From Eledone cirrhosa (Eukaryota), in contig OZ024766.1 of the NCBI GenBank assembly GCA_964016885.1, positions 12,400,001-12,464,000 of the forward strand: a DNA stretch of 64,000 nucleotides. The letters run 5' to 3'. Numbering within the stretch: the first letter of the stretch is position 1; each line of letters starts with the position of its first letter. Made by a program: the position numbers and the translations under genes. Below the pieces are notes generated by a model, which was not told the origin of the DNA, ran no database searches, and saw nothing but the letters and a program-made list of their open reading frames with translations. Below are positions 1 to 10,400 of the stretch, piece after piece.

Positions 1-3000
1 AGGAGCCTAAATTCCACCAGATATTCTTCATGGGCCGGGAATGATGAGGAAGTTTCCCAAAGATGAAAGATCAATTCATCTGTTGACGGGAACATTGTTG
101 CGGAACTTCAAAGTATGCTCCATGCAACCCGTCCGTACGTCCGTGACTTGAAGAGTGCTTTGTAGCTTTTGGACTCTAGACATGAGATGAAATTGGTCAT
201 CAGATCTGACCTGCGGGCGGGCATCCTGGATGTTTCAACGCTCCAACTACCGAAGAGGTAGCAGCAATCGTGGTTGACGAAAATCATGGTGCACGTGACA
301 TCACCATTTACCATCGCAATAACAGACTGACGTTCGTTGCAGAAACCCATCGGTCGTACGATTGCTTACAGTACCCTCTTCTTTTTCCCTACGTCGAGGA
401 CGGCTACAACTTCGAGATTCCGACAATTGATCCGAAAAGTCTTGCTGCTTTACCAAAGGAAGTTTCCAGCATGGATTTTTATGCATACCGACTCATGATA
501 AGAGACGGTCGATTCAACCAACGACTTAGGTTCAAAGAGGTGACAAACCAGTTCTTGGTTGATATGTTCGCAAAGATTGAAGCGGAACGTCTTCTGTACA
601 TACGTACCCATCAAAAAGAACTAACAGGGGTTCAGTACGCTCATCTAAAGGATGCTTTGCAGCGTGACGGTGACGCAACCAATGTTGGGCATCAGGTGAT
701 CCTTCCTTTAAGCTTTAGTGGCTCACCCCGGTACATGCATAAACGGACCCAGGATGCCATGGCGTATGTACGTAAGTTTGGGCGGCCGCATCTTTTTATT
801 ACCTTCACATGGAATCCTAATTGGGTGGAGATTAAGGAGAATTTATTCGCGGGCCAGGCGACGAGTGACAGGCATGATATTACAGCCAGAGTCTTCCACG
901 GAAAGTTGAAGAAACTAATGTGCTTGCTGAAAGATAAGGCCATCTACGGACAACTCAATGCTTGGATGTATACAGTGGAATGGCAGACGAGGGGTCTTCC
1001 ACACGCACATATTCTTATTTGGTGCAAAGAACGAATCTGACCTACAGACATTGATCGCGTTATATGTGCAGAGTTGCCCGATCCCCAAATTGATTTGCAG
1101 CTTTACAACATTGTGCTGGCTATTATGATACATGGACCCTGTGGGGCCCTTAACAGCCAAAATTCATGCATGGAGGGGAACAAGTGCACCAAACACTACT
1201 CCAGAGCCTTCACCAGGGAAACTTGCAGTGGGGTTGACGGCTACCCCATCTACCGGCGGCGTGCTCCCGACTTTGGCGGCCTTTCGATTAAGGATTAAGA
1301 AGAAAGGGACAGAATACGACATTGACAACAGCTGGGTGGGGCCTTACAGCCCTTTGCTTGCTAAAAATGTTTATGCTCACATCTGTTAAAAGCATTAAAT
1401 ACATCTGCAAATACATCAACAAAGGCGGCGACATGGCGGTGGTTGGCCTCAGTGATGGCGTAGAATCAAAAGACGAAATTACTCAATTCATGATGGGAAG
1501 ATACATTTCGTCCAATATGGCGGCTTGGCGCATTTTGGGGCTTGAAATTCACCGGTGCTCTCCGGCAGTTGGTAACTTGGATGTTCACTTAGAGAATGGT
1601 CAACATGTTTATTTCACTGAGGAAACCGCATCGGCTGCTGCCGAACAGCGACCTCTGACGACGCTTACAGCACCTTTTAAGCTATGTTCTGTCGATACGT
1701 TTGCAGTTACCCTTCTTTGCGTCGATGTACCTACCTACTTTACTTGGTCGAACAAAGAATGGCATCGGCGGCGACGAGGGGAAAAGGTTGAGGATTGGGT
1801 AGGTGTCTTCAGAAGTAATGCCATCAGACATTGGGTAGCTGTCTTCAGAAGTAATGCCATCAGACATTGGGTAGGTGTCTTCAGAAGTAATACCATCAGA
1901 CATTGGGTAGGTGTCTTCAGAAGTAATACCATCAGACATTGGGTAGCTGTCTTCAGAAGTAATACCATCAGACATTGGGTAGCTGTCTTCAGAAGTAATA
2001 CCATCAGACATTGGGTAGCGGTCTTCAGAAGTAATACCATCAGACATTGGGTAGCTGTCTTCAGAAGTAATACCATCAGACATTGGGTAGGTGTCTTCAG
2101 AAGTAATGCCATCAGACATTGGGTAGGTGTCTTCAGAAGTAATACCATCAGACATTGGGTAGGTGTCTTCAGAAGTAATACCATCAGACATTGTGTAGGT
2201 GTCTTCAGAAGTAATACCATCAGACATTGGGTAGGTGTCTTCAGAAGTAATGCCATCAGACATTGGGCAGGTGTCTTCAGAAGTAATGCCATCAGACATT
2301 GGGCAGGTGTCTTCAGAAGTAATGCCATCAGACATTGGGCAGGTGTCTTCAGAAGTAATGCCATCAGACATTGGGTAGCTGTCTTCAGAAGTAATGCCAT
2401 CAGACATTGGGTAGGTATCTTCAGAAGTAATACCATCAGACATTGGGTAGGTGTCTTCAGAAGTAATACCATCAGACATTGGGCAGGTGTCTTCAGAAGT
2501 AATACCATCAGACATTGGGTAGGTGTCTTCAGAAGTAATACCATCAGACATTGGGCAGGTGTCTTCAGAAGTAATACCATCAGACATTAGGTAGGTGTCT
2601 TCAGAAGTAATACCATCAGACATTGGGTAGGTGCCTTCAGAAGTAATGTCATCAGACATGGGGTAGGTGTCTTCAGAAGTAATACCATCAGACATTGGGT
2701 AGCTGTCTTCAGAAGTAATACCATCAGACATTGGGTAGGTGTCTTCAGAAGTAATGTCATCAGACATTGGGTAGGTGTCTTCAGAAGTAATGCCATCAGA
2801 CATTGGGTAGGTGTCTTCAGAAGTAATACCATCAGACATTGGGTAGGTGTCTTCAGAAGTAATGCCATCAGACATTGGGTAGGTATCTTCAGAAGTAATA
2901 CCATCAGACATTGGGCAGGTGTCTTCAGAAGTAATACCATCAGACATTGGGTAGCTGTCTTCAGAAGTAATACCATCAGACATTGGGTAGCTGTCTTCAG

Positions 3001-5562
3001 AAGTAATGCCATCCGACATTGGGTAGGTATCTTCAGAAGTAATACCATCAGACATTGGGCAGGTGTCTTCAGAAGTAATACCATCAGACATTGGGTAGGT
3101 GTCTTCAGAAGTAATACCATCAGACATTGGGTAGCTGTCTTCAGAAGTAATACCATCAGACATTGGGTAGCTGTCTTCAGAAGTAATGCCATCAGACATT
3201 GGGTAGGTGTCTTCAGAAGTAATACCATCAGACATTGGGTAGGTGTCTTCAGAAGTAATACCATCAGACATTGGGTAGCTGTCTTCAGAAGTAATGCCAT
3301 CAGACATTGGGTAGGTGTCTTCAGAAGTAATACCATCAGACATTGGGCAGGTGTCTTCAGAAGTAATGCCATCAGACATTGGGTAGGTGTCTTCAGAAGT
3401 AATGCCATCAGACATTGGGTAGGTGTCTTCAGAAGTAATGCCATCAGACATTGGTAGGTGTCTTCAGAAGTAATACCATCAGACATTGGGCAGGTGTCTT
3501 CAGAAGTAATACCATCAGACATTGGGTAGGTGTCTTCAGAAGTAATACCATCAGACATTGGGTAGGTGTCTTCAGAAGTAATGCCATCAGACATTGGGTA
3601 GGTGTCTTCAGAAGTAATGTCATCAGACATTGGGTAGGTGTCTTCAGAAGTAATGCCATCAGACATGTGTACAATGTTCATCCGAAGCAACAAGAATGTT
3701 GCTGCATCAAATCAAAGGGGCCCAAGTCATTCGCCGACCTAAGACTTTTCGATGGCCACATTTGTTCCAGGTTACAGGGACGCGTGCGTGAGGCGCGGGC
3801 TACTCGAGGACGATGCCCACCTGAGCGTGGCGTTGACAGAAGCTGCTGAATGTAAGATGCCTCGAGAAATGAGACGTCTGTTTTGCATAATGCTATTGTT
3901 CTGCGACATAGGTGAGCGGCCCCTTAAGCTTTGGGAAACGCATAAGGACAACATGTCAGAGGACATCCTCCGTAGACCACGAGCAGAAGATCCAGTGGCT
4001 GGCCTTGCTTTCAACGACGCGGTGTACAATCGGGCCCTCATCGACATGGCCGACCATCTTAAAGCTCCTGGAGTTGGCCATGTATCTGATTTCGGTTTGC
4101 CACCACCTCGAAACACTCACAGTGCTTTAGATGTGGAGTTCATACGTGAGTTAAATTACAACATCGACGATATGACACATCAGGTAGCTCAGGACGAACC
4201 CAGACTTTTGCATGACCAGAGACAGGCATATGACAGAATTCACTCCAGTGTTAATTCAAATGAGGGATGGCTATTTTTCCTGGATGCTCCTGGCGGAACA
4301 AGAAAACCTTTTCTCATCAACCTTTTTCTTGCGAAGCTACGAAAAGACAAGCGGATTGCTTTAGGGGTCGCCTCCAGTGGTATTGCGGCGACACTGTTAC
4401 ATGGCGGTCGTACGGCACACTCCGCATTGAAATTACCTTTGGACATTGCAAAGAAGGAGAATCCTACATGTAGAATAGATCGTGGCGACTCTAAAGCACA
4501 TCTTCTTTCTGAGTGCTGCCTGATCATATGGGACGAGGATACCATGAGTCACAAGGCCGCCTTTGAGGCTCTGGATCGAACTCTCAAGAACTTGTGTCGG
4601 AACTCACGCGTCATGGGTGGAGCGACAGTACTGCTCGCTGGCGATTTCCGACAGACACTTCCTGTTATCACTAGAGGCACTAGAGCTGATGAAGTGAATG
4701 CATGCATCAAGTCGTCCTATGTATGGCAGTATGTCCACAAACTACATCTGACAACCAACATGGGAGTGCATGTGCAGGGTGACGCAGACTCCATCGATTT
4801 CTCAAAATATCTACTGGAAGCTGGTAATGGAATTACATCTGGAGTGGATGAAGAGCATATCCGTTTGCCTTTTGGGAACTTTGTGTCAAACATTGACGAA
4901 TTAATGTCATCTGTATTTCCAGACCTTGAATCAGGATTCCATGATCACACCTGGCTGAAAGGGAGAGCTATTTTGGCACCACACAATGCCACTGTTGACG
5001 TGATGAACCCAAAACTACTCGATCATATTTCCGGAAATGAAGTCTCCTTCAAGTCGATTGACACCAATAAAAACGCGGACGACGCCGTCATCTGCCCAAT
5101 TGAATTCCTCAACTGTCAACTACCTCCAGGACTTCCTCCTCATGATCTGAAACTGAAGGTTGGTGTGCCAGTTATGCTGCTGAGAAACCTGGATGCACCA
5201 GAACTATGCAACGGAACGCGTTTAATCATTAAAAAATAAGGACCCAAATTCTGAACACAACCATTTTGAGCGGACCCGCAGCTGGCGTGACCAGGTTAAT
5301 TACCCCTATGAGCCTTAGTCCCTCTGACGTCCCCTATGAATTTACGCGACGGCAGTTTCCCATAAAACTCTGCTTTGCAATGAGCATTAACAAAGCACAA
5401 GGACAAAGGCTGGAAGTGGTTGGCCTAAATCTAAGACAGCAGGTATTTTCCCATGGTCAACTATACGTCGGATGCCCCCGTGTCGGCAGTCCACACAATC
5501 TCTTCATTTGTGGTAACCCAGGCAACACCTGGAACGTTGTCTACAAAGAATCCCTGCAATAA
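1..5562 (+). pseudogene. Helitron RepHel (HUH Rep endonuclease + PIF1-family helicase) transposase pseudogene, 5' part outside window
   Basis: Rep motifs PHLFITFTWNPNW, YTVEWQTRGLPHAHIL and KYICKYINKG. PIF1 motifs FLDAPGGTRKPF (degenerate Walker A), ASSGIAATLL, IIWDE, LAGDFRQTLPV, VMLLRNL/LCNGTRL, RRQFPIKLCFAMSINKAQGQ, FSHGQLYV and NVVYKESL*. Split over ORFs 270-1040, 1074-1298, 1322-2590, 3451-3849, 3752-5239 and 5266-5562 by in-frame stops and frameshifts. Confidence 0.96.
1794..3666 (+). repeat. 36-bp minisatellite (~52 copies; ATTGGGTAGGTGTCTTCAGAAGTAATACCATCAGAC) inside the RepHel ORF
   Basis: 36-bp period translating as HWVGVFRSNTIR; TAG variant at 2588-2590; 1-bp deletion near 3452. 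Confidence 0.98.
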
Positions 5563-5619
5563 CATCTTTGAACCCTACTCTACCCAACGTCCTCTCTCTT
5601 CACGTCGTCCCTCAACTTT

Positions 5620-5698
5620 CCTCTCTCTACTCCCCTTAAAATTCTATAAAACTACATACATGCTGCAACTTTCTCTGATGAAGGGGAGTAGAGAGAGG
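5620..5698. repeat. Perfect 18-bp inverted repeat with 43-bp spacer downstream of the RepHel stop
   Basis: CCTCTCTCTACTCCCCTT (5620-5637) is the exact reverse complement of AAGGGGAGTAGAGAGAGG (5681-5698). Confidence 0.9.
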
Positions 5699-5819
5699 TA
5701 ATCTGATTGTATTAGAGGGGTAAAGCGTCATGTATTTAGTTTTATCGATTATTTCCGTAATTGAAGGTGAGTTTGAATGAAATAAATAGTCGTTGACCTA
5801 AGTTAAACCATTTACAACA

Positions 5820-5923
5820 TTCTTACAGACGTTGAGTCGAATCGGTTTGAAATTGTGTAAATGTATAAACATGGAACATGCACACAGACACACACACAAC
5901 ACCAACAATCTGCCTTTTATAGA
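5820..5923 (-). mobile_element. Probable 5' fragment of a second non-autonomous Helitron (left boundary uncertain)
   Basis: Minus strand reads TCTATAAAAGGCAGATTGTTGGTGTTGTGTGTGTGTCTGTGTG...AAACCGATT, the TC-TATA-AAA plus GT/GTCT-rich layout also seen at the 5' end of the 5927-7006 element. Confidence 0.5.
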
Positions 5924-6232
5924 TAACTAGCAGTAAAGCCCGGCGTTGCTCGGGGTCGCTCAGTAGCTGTGTTAAAGTTACAATGTTAAGTTTCTTTCTT
6001 GGCTTAAAAACTGTAGTGTCTACTGTGCAGACTTGCATGTGGTGTTTTTGATTAATATTCCCTCAACCAACAATATGCCTTATGAAGTTAAGAAAACATA
6101 ACGATAACCCGAATGTTATAACAAAAGAGGATGCTGGGGATAAAAACTGCACTGGTTATTTATTAACAAAGATCGAAAATGTAAACACTGCAACGCATTG
6201 AAAAACATTAGCGTAACCAAATTATCAGTTAT

Positions 6233-6412
6233 GTCTGTCTGCACGCCTATATCACCTCTCTGCACGACTGTCTGTCTGCACGCCTATATCACCTCTCTGC
6301 ACGACTGTCTGTCTGCACGCCTATATCACCTCTCTGCACGACTATCTGTCTGCACGCGTATATCACCTCTCTGCACGACTGTTTGTCTGCACGACTGTCT
6401 GTCTGCACGCCT
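6233..6412. repeat. 37-bp minisatellite (~4.5 copies; GTCTGTCTGCACGCCTATATCACCTCTCTGCACGACT) within the non-autonomous Helitron
   Basis: GCACGCCTAT recurs at 6241, 6278 and 6315. Confidence 0.92.
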
Positions 6413-6481
6413 AACGAAATTTACAGATACATATATTTTAAATAAACTTATATAATTTTTGCTTTTTTTTACGAAATATTT

Positions 6482-6639
6482 GCTTGTTTTACGTAGTCTT
6501 TAAATAGACTTGTTTTCAAGTAAAAATATTGTTTTAAAATGCTTTTAAATGGAAATGAAGCTTGTTTTACGTAGTCTTTAAATAGACTTGTTTTCAAGTA
6601 AAAATATTGTTTTAAAATGCTTTTAAATGGAAATGAAGC
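6482..6639. repeat. Perfect 78-bp tandem duplication (2 copies) within the non-autonomous Helitron
   Basis: GCTTGTTTTACGTAGTC...GGAAATGAA begins at 6482 and again at 6560. Confidence 0.92.
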
Positions 6640-7006
6640 AAAACGGAAGCTTAGTGTTCGAACTGATGAATTTTGCAGGTCAATATTTTGCTGGCTCGAC
6701 AACTGTTCGTGTATTGTGTTAATGTCATTTTAAACGCTGAGAAAGCCAGCGTAATTTTTTACGTAAGACGCTCAATGTAAACAGAACAAAGGGAAATAAC
6801 TGATAACTTACGCTCAAAAATCGATACATTATATTCGATTTCGTCACATGGGGTGGGTCAATTTGAAATATTTTTTTTCTGATGTCTTCGCTAGGGCTCA
6901 ATGTACAAGTATAGCAATTTCGGTGCAATTCCGTGAGAGATTCTAAGAGGAGATGTGTGCCAAAAATCGATAGACAGACAGACAACCACAGTTTTATATA
7001 TATAGA

Positions 7007-8107
7007 TTAGTCTGTTAGTATTGTAGACTTACTGTATAATATATTCGTCTGTTGGTATTGTAGACTTACTGTATATTATATTAGTCTGTTGGTATTGTAG
7101 ACTTACTGTATATTATATTACTCTGTTGGTATTGTAGACTTACTGTATATTATATTAGTCTGTTGGTATTATAGACATACTGTATATTATATTAGTCTGT
7201 TGGTATTGTAGACTTACTGTATATTATATTAGTCTGTTGGTATTATAGACATACTGTATATTATATTAGTCTGTTGGTATTGTAGACTTACTGTATATTA
7301 TATTAGTCTGTTGGTATTATAGACATACTGTATATTATATTAGTCTGTTGGTATTATAGACATACTGTATATTATATTAGTCTGTTGGTATTGTAGACTT
7401 ACTGTATATTATATTAGTCTGTTGGTATTATAGACATACTGTATATTATATTAGTCTGTTGGTATTGTAGACTTACTGTATATTATATTAGTCTGTTGGT
7501 ATTATAGACATACTGTATATTATATTAGTCTGTTGGTATTGTAGACTTACTGTATATTATATTAGTCTGTTGGTATTATAGACATACTGTATATTATATT
7601 ACTCTGTTGGTATTATAGACATACTGTATATTATATTAGTCTGTTGGTATTGTAGACTTACTGTATATTATATTAGTCTGTTGGTATTATAGACATACTG
7701 TATATTATATTAGTCTGTTGGTATTGTAGACTTACTGTATATTATATTAGTCTGTTGGTATTGTAGACTTACTGTATATTATATTACTCTGTTGGTATTG
7801 TAGACTTACTGTATATTATATTAGTCTGTTGGTATTATAGACATACTGTATATTATATTAGTCTGTTGGTATTGTAGACTTACTGTATATTATATTAGTC
7901 TGTTGGTATTGTAGACTTACTGTATATTATATTACTCTGTTGGTATTGTAGACTTACTGTATATTATATTAGTCTGTTGGTATTGTAGACTTACTGTATA
8001 TTATATTACTCTGTTGGTATTGTAGACTTACTGTATATTATATTAGTCTGTTGGTATTATAGACATACTGTATATTATATTAGTGTATTAGTATTGTAGA
8101 CTTACAG
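7007..8107. repeat. AT-rich 37-bp minisatellite (~30 copies; TTAGTCTGTTGGTATTGTAGACTTACTGTATATTATA)
   Basis: 37-bp period with two interspersed variants (TTGTAGACTTAC and TTATAGACATAC). Confidence 0.97.
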
Positions 8108-8109
8108 TT

Positions 8110-8165
8110 TCTATATATATAAACTTGTATTCCTGTCTGTTTGATTGTTTGTTCACGAACTCCTC
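8110..8165 (+). mobile_element. Probable Helitron-like 5' terminus fragment
   Basis: TCTATATATATAAACTTGTATTCCTGTCTGTTTGATTGTTTGTTCACGAACTCCTC mirrors the 5' end of the 5927-7006 element. It is preceded by T rather than A, and no matching 3' end was found. Confidence 0.55.
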
Positions 8166-8186
8166 TGGTTTTGGAGATAGACTCCA

Positions 8187-8293
8187 ATCATCATCATTTT
8201 ACGTCTGCTTTTCCCTGCTTGCAAGGGTCGGACGGTTCCTATTCAGCACAGCATCTCTCCATGTGTCACGGTCCTGCGTCATTTCCGCGGTGA
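8187..8293 (-). mobile_element. 5'-truncated 3' end of an RTE-like LINE with (TGA)n tail
   Basis: Minus strand translates TAEMTQDRDTWRDAVLNRNRPTLASREKQT*, containing the DRxxWR motif of RTE-type C-termini, followed by ATGATGATGAT. Confidence 0.7.
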
Positions 8294-8347
8294 TATATAT
8301 TCTGAAACTACATTGCCCAGGGTACTTGATATTTCATTTTAATCAAA

Positions 8348-9679
8348 GAACCACGTCTGGTTGCATTAGTGTCACACCTGTGGTGCCCCAGTAGGGTCTC
8401 TGGGGTGACAACAGACTGCACTATTGGGGACCCACGTCTGGTTGCATTAGTGTCACACCTGTGGTGCCCCAGTAGGGTCTCTGTGGTGACAACAGACTGC
8501 ACTAGTGGCACTACTACGTCTGGTTGCAATAGTGTCACACCTGTAGTGCCCCAGTAGGGTCTCTGGGGTGACAACAGACTGCACTATTGGGGACCCACGT
8601 CTGGTTGCATTAGTGTCACACCTGTGGTGCCCCAGTAGGGTCTCTGTGGTGACAACAGACTGCACTAGTGGCACTACTACGTCTGGTTGCATTAGTGTCA
8701 CACCTGTGGTACCACAGAGACCCTACTGGGGCACCACAGGTGTGACACTAATGCAACCAGACGTAGTACTGCCACTAGTGCAGTCTGTTGTCACCACAGA
8801 GACCCTACTGGGGCACCACAGGTGTGACACTAATGCAACCAGACGTGGTTCCCCACTAGTGCAGTCTGTTGTCACCACAGCGACCCTTCTGGGGCACCAC
8901 AGGTGTGACACTAATGCAACCAGACGTGGTTCCCCACTAGTGCAGTCTGTTGTCACCACAGAGACCCTTCTGGGGCACCACAGGTGTGACACTAATGCAA
9001 CCAGACGTGGTTCCCCACTAGTGCAGTCTGTTGTCACCACAGCGACCCTTCTGGGGCACCACAGGTGTGACACTAATGCAACCAGACGTGGGTCCCCAAT
9101 AGTGCAGTCTGTTGTCACCACAGAGGCCCTACTGGGGCACCACAGGTGTGACACTAATGCAACCAGACGTAGTAGGGCCACTAGTGCAGTCTGTTGTCAC
9201 CACAGAGGCCCTACTGGGGTACCACAACTGTGACACTAATGCAACCAGACGTGGTTCCCCACTAGTGCAGTCTGTTGTCACCACAGCGACCCTTCTGGGG
9301 CACCACAGGTGTGACACTAATGCAACCAGACGTGGTTCCCCACTAGTGCAGTCTGTTGTCACCACAGAGACCCTTCTGGGGCACCACAGGTGTGACACTA
9401 ATGCAACCAGACGTGGGTCCCCAATAGTGCAGTCTGTTGTCACCACAGCGACCCTTCTGGGGCACCACAGGTGTGACACTAATGCAACCAGACGTGGTTC
9501 CCCACTAGTGCAGTCTGTTGTCACCACAGAGACCCTTCTGGTGCACCACAGGTGTGACACTAATGCAACCAGACGTGGTTCCCCACTAGTGCAGTCTGTT
9601 GTCACCACAGAGACCCTACTGGGGCACTACAGGTGTGACACTAATGCAACCAGACGTAGTAGGGCCACTAGTGCAGTCT
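8348..9679. repeat. 81/82-bp minisatellite (~16 copies) that switches orientation at 8710/8711
   Basis: About 4.5 copies in one orientation (8348-8710) and ~12 reverse-complement copies (8711-9679); junction palindrome CTGTGGT|ACCACAG. Confidence 0.96.
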
Positions 9680-10400
9680 CTATTCTCCATCATGTGTAGA
9701 AGGGACCCTGTGTTGTGACCTGTCCAGTCTTTGATGTTGTCAGACCAGGATTTCATTGTCTACCTATTCTTTTACTATCCCCTGAACAATGGTTGCAAAA
9801 TAAAGATTTGTGGCTGAATATGTGACCATACCAAGCAAACTTCCATAAACTATCTTTATCCCATTAATTCTCCTCATTTAATAATCTTTCGTAGTGGAAC
9901 TTTCATGTTGCTTTCTTATCAGTGAGGACAAGTATGCCATTATTATCACAGACCCACTACTCCCCGATAATATCACAATATTCCTTGACACGCTGTTTGT
10001 AGCTGAATATATGACCATACCAGGCAAACTTCCATATTTTCCCCATCACAACGACAGGTTCTTGTCTCCCGGCATATTTGTTAACGCATTACCTGACAAA
10101 GCTGTTTGTTTTGTGTTGTGTGTATAAGGATGTGTTGCAACCTTCTGAAGGACTTGTGCTCTATGTAGATGTTTAACAGCCTTCTGAAAGACTTGTGCTC
10201 TGTGTAAGGGATATGTAGCAACCTTCTAAAGGACTTGTACTCTGTGTACAAGGATGTGTAGCAACCATCTGAAGGGCTTGTGCCCTGTTTGTAGATAAGG
10301 AGTTTTAGAACCCCATCACAACGAGTGGTTCCTGGCTCCCAGCATATTTGTTAACCTGACAAAGATGTTTGTTTTGTGCTGAGTGTACAAGGATGTGTTG
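9660..10400 (-). mobile_element. Degenerate RTE-clade LINE ORF C-terminal remnant with internal duplications
   Basis: Minus-strand peptides across frameshifts: QHKTNIFVR..NKYAGSQEPL, KFAWYGHI (twice), TIVQGIV, RIGRQ, KSWSDNIKDWTGHNTGSLLHMMENRD. These match the RTE pattern EHKTN..VR / KLxWFGHV / TILQG / GRQRKxWxDNIKEWTG. Confidence 0.85.

Larger units (their letters stand above)
5927..7006 (-). mobile_element. Complete non-autonomous Helitron (1,080 bp)
   Basis: Minus strand starts A|TCTATATATATAAAACTGTGGTTGTCTGTCTGTC and ends with a GC-rich hairpin CCCGAGCAACGCCGGG (5954-5939), 8 nt, then CTAG|T. Inserted between A and T with no target-site duplication, as expected for Helitrons. Confidence 0.9.

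Noticed and set aside
3752-5562. Host PIF1 helicase gene or an active Helitron
   Set aside because: It is linked to Helitron Rep motifs, has a degenerate Walker A (GGTRKP) and carries multiple stops and frameshifts.
5927-5930. CTAG as the 3' end of the plus-strand RepHel element
   Set aside because: The hairpin lies on the wrong side and the next plus-strand base is C; the geometry fits a minus-strand element.
8308-9699. Short ORFs in the 81/82-bp array
   Set aside because: Translation products of the repeat in several frames on both strands; no independent coding evidence.
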